DNA of 64,000 bases, from positions 1,736,001-1,800,000 of the forward strand of contig CM035354.1 of the NCBI GenBank assembly GCA_020137815.1. Reading direction: 5' to 3'. The translations under genes were made by a program, and so were the position numbers. The notes below the pieces were generated by a model. It had not been told where the DNA came from. It was given only the letters and a program-made list of their open reading frames with translations, and ran no database searches. Numbering within the stretch: the first letter of the stretch is position 1; every line of letters starts with the position of its first letter. The DNA is from Hormiphora californensis (Eukaryota > Animalia > Ctenophora). Below are positions 12,771 to 24,939 of this stretch, piece by piece.

Positions 12771-15733
12771 TGCTGCAGTCTGTCTATTTGTGTGGATATA
12801 TCATCATGTATCACATAACAAGATCTCAGATTGTATCTCTGCTGAGATGCACTGTATCTCTGCAGCTGTACTGTACGCTGTATCTCTGCTGCACTGAGAT
12901 TATATGAGATCTCCATGATACTACCCCCTAACTCACTATACTAAACTACCCACCCCCTCACTAACCCTACCGAACTAAACTAAAACCCCACCCCCCTGCA
13001 CTGTTTTCGAGTTTGCATGATCGCCTACTACTATGAGATACTGTCGAGTTTGTGCACTAATGATAATAATTGTTTGCAGTACTGAATACGTAAATCCTTT
13101 AACTGCCTCTTTGCGTTCGCAGTTGTTAAGATATTGGGGAAGACCTGCAAAAATAATATGAATTACTCAGTACTCTCGTGATTGGCCCTAAAATCAGGTA
13201 AATTTTAGAATTGCTTGTTTCATTAGTTTTTCCCAAATTGAATGGCTTCTTTCAAAAATTCTTCTTTGCCTTCGAAAAAAAAAGTTGCTTGTTTCACAAT
13301 AGTTTTCCCAAATAAATGGCCTTCCTGCCTTCTTTCTTGTTCTTTTTTCGTTTTTATCAAATGGCCTTTCTCTTCTTTCTTCTTTACTTCTTCTTTTTCT
13401 ATTCTTTCCTTCTTTTCTTTGCCTTCGACGAATCTTTTCTTTTTTTTCTTTTTCTTTTCTTCTTTTTCTTTTCTCCACCCACGAAAAATCGAACAATGAA
13501 TGCCTTCTCTTCTTTTCTTCTTTTTTTCTAATTGAATGGCCTCTCCTGTCTTTGCTCGAAAATGGTCCTTCTTTCTTTGCCTCCGAACTGAAAAAAACTT
13601 CTTTCTTTCTTTTTCTTATTTTTCTTTTGTCTTTGCTTTTTTCTTTTTGCCCTTTGCCTCGAAAAAAAAAAAAAATTTTGCTCGACAGAAAACCTTCTTT
13701 TGCTTTGCTTCCTTTCCTTTCTTCTTTTCTTCTTCTTTGCTTCGTAATTTTTTCTTTGCTTTCGTTCTCGAAAAATTCGAAAACACATTGAAAACAAAAA
13801 CAGTTCAAAACCTGTGAGGTCCTCTGCCAGAGGATGTATGTTGAATAAATATATGCACAGGTCTTCTTTCTCCCCTTCTCTCTTTCTCTCTCTCCCTCTC
13901 TCCCTCTCTCTTTCTCTCTCTTTCTCTCGTACAAAATTGCATATTTGAGGCTCCAGCTGCTTTGTTTGAATAGGAGCTAGGGGCCGGGGCTGAATGTGAT
14001 ATACCTTATGCTTGTGTTTATTGTGTGTAGCTCCCACCCTATACACTGTATATAGAAGGGGAAGCTGTGGGTGTTTCGTCGTGAGAGCTCAGTAGGCTCC
14101 TTTTTACCCCTCCTCCATCGTCTCTTTTACATGTTATACTACTGATCATTCGCTGTAGGATATCACAAAGGAATTGGTTTAGCAATCCGAGAGGATAGGG
14201 TTTCGTTGGGTTATAGACCTTTTGAAAACAGTTCCTCCATATAATTACAAGCGGCGGTGTGACTCCTCTGAGGACTGAGACTGCTCTGTGACCGGGGCCC
14301 GCGGGGGAGGGGGTGGCATACAGTTAGATGTTGAGCCCCACCTCCACTGTGACTGCTCTGAGATTCGATCATTCCACGCCACTGCAGGCAACTATGGCAG
14401 TGGACTTCTCCTGTCTGAAGAAATGCCTCAAAGCTGTTCGATAGTTGATTTTCCCATTGTCCTAACTCCCATGTGGCTTCCAGCTTTCTTCCCCACCGAA
14501 TGATTTGTCTCTGAGTGTTTCCAAAATATATAGTTTTAGTTTTAATGTATTCTCCATGTTTTATTTGTCTTCCATCTTATCTAGTGCATATAGAACATAT
14601 ATGTTTCACCCTCACCTTAATCTTTTTAGCGGCTGTTATCCCTAAATCGGTGTGTGTGTTATTTTGTTGCTGCATCAAAGCATACCTAGTGACTCGGGTT
14701 CTTCTTGCGTACAGTGCACTACTTGTAGTGGGAATACTGAATAATACGGTAGATCTGACCATTACGGTTTCTTGGCGTTGCCTGAATAACACAGGGCGGG
14801 GTCCTATATAAAATCTTGCTAGTACTCATTATCCACTCATATTGAGACTTGATGTGGGAACGTTAAAATTATGTAGTTACTTCTATCAGAGCATTGGCCT
14901 GACTAGGTTACTTCTCCTTTCGTCCATGTGAATTAGCAGCTGATTGGCCTTGGTGTATAAATTAACTATTACACTTGAGTTACTAATTCCTCCTATAGTG
15001 TACTATTTCCTTCCTTGTATCTCTACTGTGGCAATTCTTGTTGAGGAAGGGGTTACTCAACAAGTGGCTTCGTCTTCTTGTTCTTCTTCTTCGTAGAAGT
15101 GGCAATTCGTCATCATATTGTGCTACTCGATACTCGTTTCTTCTCTGAGTACAGCTGCTGTTATATGATATATTCAATATGTTCATTTCCTTTATCAGTT
15201 TGTGTGTACTGTGTAATATTGAGTTTACAGATGGTAATATAATATGTCGCATATGCTTTCATGTCAGAGAGAGAGAGAGAGGGGGGAGGGAGAGGGAGAG
15301 GGAGAGAGAGGGAGAGAGAGAGGGAGAGAGAGGGAGAGAGAGAGAGGGAGCGAGAGATCAGGGATCGTATCACGTGTATCATATGATTTGTTATCGGATT
15401 TGATGAATCACCAATCACCATGGCCACTCTATACTATTGTCACATAGCTACTGGGGGAGATATCATATATTGTCACACAGCTACAGCTACTGGGGGAGAT
15501 ATCATATATTGTCACACAGCTACAGCTACTGGGGGAGATATCATATATACTATCCTTCTATTGACCTATATATCCCTCTGTGTGTGTGACAAGACCTCCT
15601 ACTGTATCCTCCCTATATCACAATATCCTGATATGATCATATTGTGTGAGAGTAGCTCTCTAATTGCAGTGCTCTCTATTTCTATAGAACTATCTCTCTC
15701 CCTGCTGCAAGTTACCAGATCTTTGTAGTACAC

Positions 15734-15817
<84 letters not shown>

Positions 15818-16458
15818 GGTCTGCAGTACCGCTATACCACCAGTGTTCGATATCAGAACTCATATATCTTTGATAGCATAATATGACGTATATTTGCCAC
15901 AATTGATTGAAGCCTTTCATCACAACATGCTAAACTGTTTGGTAATATTATATTTAATGACCATGTGCCTTTGTACTCAAGCCGCATTCTAATTTGGGCA
16001 CTGATATCAATTACTTAGCTCTGATTGTGGAATACTTTATTATCTTATCTGAGCGTCAACTGTCGTCTTTTCCAGCGAGTCCAGTAGTAGTAGTAGTATA
16101 ATTGCAGGGTGGTATTTCCACGTGAACAGTACTGGGTAGTAGTACGTGATCACCACACACACACTGGCGGGGGAGTTGTTGTCGAGAAACTGGCGGTGGG
16201 AGTGGAAGTGCTGCTTAATTGTGTTTTCGGCAAATGACCAGAAAGGCGCAGAGAAGGAGGGAGAGAGACAGAGAGAAACAGAAAGGGAGAGAGACATAGA
16301 GGCAGAGAGAGAAACAGAAAGGGAGAGAGGGACATTGAGAGAGGGAGAGAGGGAGAAACTGACAGCTGTAGAATGATCAGTGTGTTGCAGCAGCTGTTCA
16401 GTCGTACATTATTGATGTTATATTGCCAGATCTCCTGCTATGCTGTCTCCATGCACTA

Positions 16459-16717
16459 AAGTCGGATTTTTTTAAACTGTCACCCCCCTGGGTGGTCCGT
16501 GCACGAGTTTTTATTTGCACGTCGGAAACTTGTTTTCGCTCTCACGCCTTTGTTTCTTGACCAATTTCTTCGAACCAAGGTTTTACGGACTCACAAAATT
16601 ATGCTCTTTCCGATGATATGCGGTTTTTTGCCGAAAAGTGAGAGAAAGTGGGGGCTGTCACGCGCAAATACGACTCCGCACGTGAAAAGGGGGGTTACAG
16701 TTTCAAAAATCCGACTT
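16459..16717. mobile_element. ~260-bp MITE, TA-flanked
   Basis: TA|AAGTCGGATTTTT...AAAAATCCGACTT|TA. A single matching terminus also occurs at ~6886-6916. Confidence 0.75.
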
Positions 16718-17509
16718 TACATACCAGCCGACTGGCAATGTCAAGAAGAGTACTGCAGCATATTGCTATCTTACTACTAGTAGTAGTAGTAGCACTAGCT
16801 TGTACTATCCTCCTCCCTGTCCTCCTCCCTGCAACTATACAACTGCAGCTTCTTTTGCATCACACCGACACCGCCTGGCAGTTATTATTACATATTCGGT
16901 ATTAATATATTCCTTTTCCTGGAATAATATTCATCCCTTTTGTTCCCCCCCATATTATAGGATACACTAACTATATAGCGCCGTGCCTTAAAATGTTCAG
17001 TCCCTATAGCTTCTGTTACAGTCCCTATTTTCTAATCGGCTTCCATGACATTGTTAATGCTTCTTTGTTGTTTAGTAAACAAACACACCTTCTTTGTGCA
17101 TAATATAATACACAGACGTCTGTCATAATAGTTGGATTCACATCAAAGGCTTTTATGGTGTGATGGATTCAAAGCATTTTCCAAAAAGGCTGCTACTGGA
17201 ACTGCCAAATTGTTACAAATTAGTTTTGGCGGCAGCTCCTCGGCTAATCTGTTCTGTAAACTTTCTTTAGTTGTGTTTTCTCCAATGTACCTATATCAGT
17301 CTATTTTATATTATATTCGGCAGAAATCGGCCGATCTTGCACTGAGAAAATTAGTATACTGAGAAAAAAGAAGTGATGACGTGCGAGAGAGAGAGAGAGG
17401 GAGGGAGAAGAAAAGACATATAGCGAAAAACGTCTCATCAGTGACAGTAGCCTTTTTTTTCTCTTTCTTTTAGTATTCCGTGTGTAATTATCTGTTCTTT
17501 AGTTAATTT

Positions 17510-18446
17510 TCTTATCAAAGATTGACTATTGTAATATCTTGTACTATGGACTGCCACAACGAATCCTTCAAAATCTACAGAAGACTCTGAATTCCTGTAT
17601 ACGGTTTGTCTTTAATCTGAATGGTCATCAAGATGATTACATGGAGTATTTCAGAGAGGCTCACATTCTTCCGATACAGCAGAGATTAACTTTTAAGGCA
17701 TGCCTGCTGGCTTACAAGATTGTTCGAGGAACTGCCCCTAGGTACTTGTTGGATCTGGTACCTAGGGATGAGGAATATGGATCACTGAGAATGACGAGGG
17801 CTACAACTGTTCCAGACTTTTTCCGGCTAAAATATCCCAAACTGTCAAGTATCAATGCAAACTCGAAGTTGCGTCGAAGAAGACTTTCGGTGTTTCTTCC
17901 TGACGTATGGAATGATCTCCCCCTTGAGCTCAGATCAGTTCATCCTGTTGATCTGTTTAAGAAAAGACTAAAGACAAGGTTATTTCAGGAGGCATTCGGA
18001 TCTGCTTCAGAGTTGTAATCGGAGGTGTCCTATCCTTCCCCTTTCCCGTGTCGAGCAGACAATTCTAGCATAGCAATTCCTTACTATTTCCCTTCCTAGG
18101 GCTATTATAGCAGGGGGGCTGCTGATGCAGTTGAGCTGACTTTTGTTTGTAGCATGAGGGCTGCTGGCTCTGTTTCTTTATCCAGATTTATAATCTGTTA
18201 TTTAATTGCAGCTAACAAGTTGTTTTCCAGAAGTTTATGTGTCCCGTTTTTCCTTAGGCTTTTTTTTCAATTTTTTGGAGTATATAATCAGTAGATGTGT
18301 CTATTTTGTTCTAAGTGAGTCAGGATATTAACAATCTTGGTGTACCGCTCTGAATCTGGGCAGTGTTGGACTCATGTCAATGATCCAGCCCTGTCTGGAC
18401 TGAGCGGTATACTAAAAACCCTTTATTATTATTATTATTATTATTA
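17510..18446 (+). mobile_element. 5'-truncated L2/CR1-group LINE: ORF2 C-terminus, 3' UTR and (TTA)n tail
   Basis: Reads SKIDYCNILYYGLP...LQKTLNSCIRFV...LPIQQRLTFKACLLAYK...PRYL...WNDLPLELR...FKKRLKT, typical of the post-RT region of L2/CR1-like ORF2. (TTA)n at ~18423-18446. Confidence 0.88.
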
Positions 18447-18868
18447 ATTTGTCTAGTGGCATATCGAGATTTGATCTGTGTAGATCATCTTCTTTATTTA
18501 AATATAGATCTTTCGAAAAGGGTGTGATCATTACGCCATCGCTTTGGGAGAATTTATTCCGATAATCCTAAGAGAATCAGTAAAATTACCAGTTTTATAA
18601 TGTACATGATGTATACTACTGGGAGTGTACACATGTGCTCTCTTTAAAGAGTGTGGTCTCTCTAATGACTGCTGAGAATTTCTCAACTACTTGCCAAATC
18701 TTTATCTCATGATCTACATAAATTCTCTCAGCTGCTCTTAAATCTTTTACAGTACTAGACTTTGTATGCTACATGTTTGTGAGGCTAACACCGCATTTCA
18801 GTGCACTTGTCCTAAGGTATTATAGATCAAGTTTTGAATGTAATAACACCTGATCACCCCCTTTAGCA

Positions 18869-19576
18869 ATGGACGGTGGGACCAACAGAACGCTGTGTAC
18901 ACTGTACTACAATGCAGCGACCGGTAACTGTGCATCCTCCATGAAGGTCGGGGACTCCGCCTGGGAGTTCAATACTACCTGCCTCGATATTGAGGAGGAG
19001 GATTTCTATTTCGAGCAAGTTGAGGATGATTCTGGAATGTTAACGTGTTATGAGTGGGAGAGAACGCCCTTTTCTGACACAAAGATTATTATGCCAGCCA
19101 TATTCTTTGTTCTACTATGTGTCCTACTAGGAATTATGATCTATAAATCTGTGTAAGTGTAAAATCACCCAACTGTAAAATACACTGTATTCTTGTTGAG
19201 TACTCAACAACTGTATTCTACATGTGTATGCATGTGTAATTTACTCAGTCATCTGATTAGATGTTTATGTCAAGAATTGTAAACAAGAGATCGATTTATT
19301 GGATATAATTGCAGCAGACACAAAGATTACCTAATTGATATGTGTATAACAAGCAGTTCACTGTAATTGTATTTCAGGAAAGAGAGAGCGTTCATTAGAA
19401 AACAGTACCTGGCGCATTACAAGGAACTAAAGTCAGGGAAGGATGACAAGACGATTAGTAAGCGGATCCCCCAGGAGCAGTTCACATGTGGGGGTATGAC
19501 CATGACATTCCAAGTAGCCAGTAACCTCCAACAGAAGCAGCAGTCAAAGGAAGGAGGGGAAAGTAGTAATTGTTAG
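18869..19576 (+). CDS. Small single-pass membrane protein, unknown family (~160 aa, 2 coding exons)
   Basis: Exons 18869-19152 and 19378-19576 join in frame via gtaagt...tttcag. TM segment IIMPAIFFVLLCVLLGIMIY followed by basic residues. The N-terminal part has 4 Cys and NRT/NTT sequons. Confidence 0.7.
19193..19210. mobile_element. 18-bp perfect-palindrome remnant of the TTGTTGAG family
   Basis: ttgttgagtactcaacaa flanked by CTGTATTC at 19185-19192 and 19211-19218. Confidence 0.85.
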
Positions 19577-20024
19577 TGTTGTGTATCATGATAACAATGT
19601 GGTCTCGGGTTTTTGGGTTCCCCCAGCATCATAATAATAAGTTTGTAACAGAATTACTGTGTAACAGAAACTGTGTAACAGAATTGCTGTGTAACAGAAG
19701 CTGTGTAACAGAAGCTGTGTAACAGAAGCTGTGTAACAGACTGTATTTCTAGATCTCGTCTCTCATACCATTGACACTATATTATATGGCGGTTTTTAAC
19801 ATGGGGCGATTTATCACTAGACACATACATATTTTGTAATGAAAGAAGAAAAAGGTTAGTCATGATCAATTGTGACAATATTGTATCGAGAATACGAACA
19901 TTTTGATTGACGTAGATTTTATTAATATTTAAATTCTAACGCATGCAATTTAGTTTCTTATTTTACACTTTTTATGACTAGTGTGTAGATTATCGTTTCA
20001 TTTTGTTGATTACTCAACAAATTA

Positions 20025-20170
20025 TAACGGTGGTGCTCCGTCAAATTGACCACCCACACAGCACCGCCCACAGCGTGGTTCATGATGTTCAAAAAAGCAA
20101 ACAATTATTATTTGCACCACGCTGTGGGCTGCGCTGTGCAGGTGGCCAATATAACGGAGCACCACTGTTA
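20025..20170. mobile_element. ~145-bp hairpin MITE
   Basis: taacggtggtgctccgt...acggagcaccactgtta, with an internal inverted repeat. Confidence 0.7.
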
Positions 20171-20177
20171 GGCTATA

Positions 20178-20767
20178 AGCATACTGATCGTGATGATCAT
20201 AATCAGTTAAAAAGATGAAGTGTGCTCATGGTTTTGATCATCATCATCTGCAAAAAACTACAGTGTGCGGAACATTATGATCATCACGTAAGAGCTGGCC
20301 CTGGAGCCGTCTCTTAAGTTGGATGATGATCATCAACACCTAGTGTGCGCAGGTTTTGATCTTATTCTTGTGGAGGGCTGCACTGTAGTCATGTGATATG
20401 TACCACGTGGTACGACTTCGCGCGCGCGAGAGGCTGTTGTACAGGTCACGTGATATGCAACAGCCTCTCAGAGCGCGCGACTAGGCAAGGGGGAGCTCCC
20501 GGGAGATAGCATCATCATGCTGAGCACACTGGTCATGATGATCATGATCAAAAGGCAAGTTCCAGCAAGTTGAGCATGGTTTATGATGATCAAACGTGAG
20601 CACACTATGGTTCATGATGATCAAACGTGAACACACTATGGTTTGAGAACATCATGATGCATCAAGCCTCCATCATGATGATAACCATCAGTGTGTGCGC
20701 TCCTTTGATGGTGACCATCAAAACGTCCGCACACTGACCTGATTATGATCATCACGATCAGTATGCT
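20178..20767. mobile_element. 590-bp MITE rich in CATGATGATCA motifs, TA-flanked
   Basis: TIR AGCATACTGATCGTGATGATCATAATCAG and its exact reverse complement at 20739-20767. Confidence 0.8.
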
Positions 20768-20769
20768 TA

Positions 20770-21176
20770 CTGTAAAACTAGATATTTTCGAGGCAATTAA
20801 TTTTCGCGATTCGATCAAAATTCGCTATTTTCGCGATTTTAATTTTCGCTAATCCCACTGCTACCCCCATTTCACGGTCCTAGTCTATTATATAATTACG
20901 CCAAGAGTGCAGTCATCATTGCCATGAGACACCAGACCTGCTTGGCGTAGACCAATGAAATGTGAGCATTTTCTCATTGCTGATTGGCTCTAAGATCTGA
21001 TGAACCGATTGTCGTTGACTTAGTACTAAAAGTAAAATGTGTCATCCTGAAATAACTTGCACGAGCTTTCTGTAAAAAATCGGCCAAAATATTTTCGCGG
21101 AATTAATTTTCGCGGATTTTCCAGCCAAAAAGAAAGAGCGAAAATAAAAATCTCACGAAAATATCTAGTTTTACAG
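20770..21176. mobile_element. 407-bp TA-flanked MITE (Tc1/mariner-like)
   Basis: TA|CTGTAAAACTAGATATTTTCG...CGAAAATATCTAGTTTTACAG|TA. Confidence 0.85.
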
Positions 21177-21334
21177 TATAGCCTTAGTCTATTTCCGTTA
21201 ATTACCAGTGTCATTAATCATTAAACAAGGCCCGAACATTTAGAAGCTGAAGGTATGAGCAACAATAACAAGATGTCCTTCGGGGAGCAGTGCGAGGTAC
21301 AGTCGAACCAAACCAAACCAAATAACAACATGTA

Positions 21335-22719
21335 CAGGGTGTCCCACTGTCTTTGCGTGACCTGTGATTTTGGGTGATGAGTGGGTTCCATTCAAACTCT
21401 CATAACTCATCGAAAAATAGGTCAAAACGACTCAACCAAAAACAGTGTTGTAGAGAATTGTCAGGCGAAGATTTGGGTACAAGATTGATGTTCCAAGTCT
21501 TACCAATCGTCAGATATATCGTCTTAAAGTCAAAAATACGTGTTCATGAAATCCGACCGGGGTTCACGTTTTGAAAAATTCACAAATGCAAAGTTGCTCG
21601 GATCACATTGCATCTCTCATAAGAGTTGTAGGAAATTAACAAGATAGACAACGATATAATGGTACTAAATCAAAGGAAATTGTCTGGCGGTCATTTTGGT
21701 ACCCGGGTTTTTGTCCTAGCTCAATGTTTAGAGTGTCTTATGACTGTCAGAACTGGAATTTTCACAAAAGTGGTCTCAGGTATCGCATTGCATTTTGCCC
21801 TGTTATGAAGCTCATATCTGCTTTAATAACATCTTAGTGTATGATAGGGTTGGGATAGACCACTTGCGTATCCTACACATTAACAGGGGCCTTGCCAAAT
21901 CGTCATAACAACCCTGTCAAGTGTCTAGATGAAATTGAGACGATATGTGCTGATTATCATGGGATTACACATGACACCGAGCCACCTAATTAGGGGTTGT
22001 GAGCCGATACCAACCCTACTAAAATATAGTTCGACGTGTCGCGACGCGCGATCGATGAACGATCGATAAACGATCGATATCGATCGATATCGATCGTTTA
22101 TCGATCGTTCATCGATCGCGCGTCGCGACACGTCGAACTATATTTTAGTAGGGAACTAAGACTCAGCAGAGAAAAATATTTATGTTCATACAGTCATAAC
22201 GCAACTCAAACGTAGAGCTATGGAAAAAATCATGGTATCAAAATGAACCTTAGACGATTCCAATGAAGCTCTTATAAATTTCAAACCATTTTACCCATTT
22301 GTTGATGACACGTGATCCCCTCAAAAATGTTGGTTGAATTTCGTCTTTAGACAGTCATAAGACATTCTAAACATTGAGTTAGGACAATAGCCCGGGTACC
22401 AAAATGACCGCCAGACAATTTCCTACAACTCTTATGAGGGATGCAATGTGATCCGAGCAACTTTGCATTTGTGAATTTTTCAAAACGTGAACCCCGGTCG
22501 GATTTCATGAACACGTATTTTTGACTTTAAGACGATATATCTGACGATTGGTAAGACTTGGAACATCAATCTTGTACCCAAATGTTCGCCTGACAATTCT
22601 CTACAACACTAGTTTTGGTTGAGCCGTTTTGACCTATTTTTCGATGAGTTATGAGCATTTGAATGGAACCCACTCATCACCCAAAATCACAGGTCACGCA
22701 AAGACAGTGGGACACCCTG
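21335..22719. mobile_element. Tc1/mariner-type non-autonomous element with ~400-bp IR arms
   Basis: TA|CAGGGTGTCCCAC...GTGGGACACCCTG|TA. The CAGGGTG terminus plus TA TSD is typical of Tc1/mariner. Confidence 0.9.
22014..22153. mobile_element. 140-bp perfect loopless palindrome nested in the 21335 element (CCC termini, AA flanks)
   Basis: AA|CCCTACTAAAATATAG...CTATATTTTAGTAGGG|AA, with the dyad between 22083 and 22084. Confidence 0.85.
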
Positions 22720-23663
22720 TACTCTGTTACTTGTCAGGCCAATGCTCTGACAGCATTGGGAAAGGGTTCTGCCCAATAAATCCACTGTCAGGCCAATGCT
22801 TGCTTTGTTCAAACGCGAAACGGGGGTCGAGCTAGGCAAGCTGCAATGTTCTGACTACAGTTCTCACACACTCCCGAAATGAGAATAGGGCCAGGCCAAT
22901 GACAGGGTGCCCAATATATCGGGGTAAATACTGTTAGTTTCCTATTATATGGTTTGGTTCCTGTCAGGCCAATGCTCTGACCACAGTTCTCGCGAAACGA
23001 GAATGGGTCAGGCCAATGCTCTGACAGTTTGGTTCCGGTAAATCGGAGCCCGGTAATTAGTATATAGGGTTCAACTGTATTGACTTACACGGTCGCTTGT
23101 AGTGGGAAAACGGTAATGGAAAACGGAGATACAGTATGAAGACGCGCAACCGTGGCCAATCAGGGCGCTAGTACAGCCGCGCGTTATGCAAAGTGTGCGT
23201 CTCATTACTGTATTTCCATTACGGTAATACGACTACAAGCGGCGCTGTAACCTCTAATTCCTCGTGCACTATCCAGATAACCAACTCTTGAATAGAAAGG
23301 GCATGATCACAAAGATTATCAGATGCCTTTCAATCATTGTCGGATAGTAACTAACACGGTCGCTTGTAGTGGGAAAACGGTAATGGAAAATGAAGATACA
23401 GTAAGACGACGCGCAACCGTGACCAATCAGGGCGCTAGTACGTGCTGACACATGAACTTTTTGCCGCGCGTTATGCACCGTGCGCATCTCCTTACTGTAT
23501 TTTGCGTTACCGTATTTTGACTGCAAGCAGCACTGTAAGCTCTAGTTCATTCATGCTGCTAAAATTGACGTATTTCATTTGGTTACCCAGTATCCAATCA
23601 ATCAAATTTGCCCCTACTTCTCACTTTTGTCAGGCCTATGCTCTAACGGCAAATATTCATTTG

Positions 23664-23863
23664 CCGCAGACGTCGTCTAGACGGTACCCTGTTACAAGTG
23701 TCAGGCCCATCTCAAGCACGTCTGAACGTCACCGGTAGAAATTCTGTCTCAAGCCCGTGTCAAGCCTGTCTGACTCCGTCTCGAGCCCGTACGGGCCGAC
23801 ACTCGTCTCCCGACGACGTCTGGCGCAATACCCGTTTAGACGGCGTCCAGACGTCGTCTGCGG
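23664..23863. mobile_element. ~200-bp MITE-like inverted-repeat element
   Basis: ccgcagacgtcgtctagacg...cgtccagacgtcgtctgcgg. Confidence 0.55.
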
Positions 23864-24939
23864 TAAGTGAAAATTTTCCGAAATTTCCCGAAATTCCTTT
23901 TCAAGCTAAAGAACATTTACCACACAAATTAATTTTTGCGGGCGGATGGCAACGCTTGCCATACTACACAGTTTGTCGTTTGCGTGATGAATCGCTTTCA
24001 CTCTGTATGGCGCCGCCATACCCCATTTGATTCTCAATGCGCTCAGATGGGTCGCGGCGCCAGACAGCTTTCACTCGCCCTTTGGGCTCCCGTAAGCTCA
24101 CACCAGGCATGTATGGCGACGCCATACCCCATTTGATTCTCAAATCGACAGTGCGCTCAGAATTCAGATGGGGTCGCGGCGCCAGACAGCACCGGGCCGA
24201 AGGTAAGAGCCGACAGACTGGGAACATGTTAAGGCAACGCATTGCCCTCTACCCGAAAAAAAAATGCAACGCACAGATGACAGAACGCTGAGACACGTGA
24301 GTCGGTTGTCGCGTCACGTGACGCGACAACCGACGTGCTTCGAATTTTGGTCACGTGACAAAACGCCCCACCGCGACCGCAAGCTGAAATTTTGATTTTC
24401 ATAAATTTAATTTTTAGACCGCGCGGCGCGTTAATGCGTTTTACGCGCGGCGTTATATTTGCGCGTGCTAATTTCGCCCTTTCGTTTTTTAGGGCGAAAA
24501 TTCGTTTATTATTGACCGCCAAAGTCACCTTCTAAAACCCATGTTACAAAAGAAACTCAGAAATGCTTGAAGTACAAGAAATTCAGTTAAATTATTAAGT
24601 TAACGACGATCAGAATTCAATTAAACTTCTCTAAACAATAAATCCAATTAAAAATAAATTTAAATTTCACTCTGAAGAGAATAATATATTTCTACAGCTT
24701 AGAAAGAATGGTCAACATTCGAATCAAAAGAAAGGGAGTTCAGGGGGGGGGGGGGGGGTTCCAAAGAGATTTCATCCTAGGTCTGGGTCCATTATTTTGG
24801 AAAACAGTCCAATGTAGTTCAGCAACAACTGCCGCCGCCCAGACAGGGCCAGGGTGGGTTTGCCTTGTTGGGACCTCCAGGATGGATGTTGATCCTGAGA
24901 CAGGAGTGAACCACTTTCTCCAGAATTGTAGCGGTCCAA

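Noticed and set aside
10174-13934. Long Ser/Leu-, Arg/Glu- and Lys/Phe-rich ORFs
   Set aside because: These come from CT and T-rich low-complexity, error-laden sequence that includes a noisy duplicate of 9985-10180. Probably poor reads.
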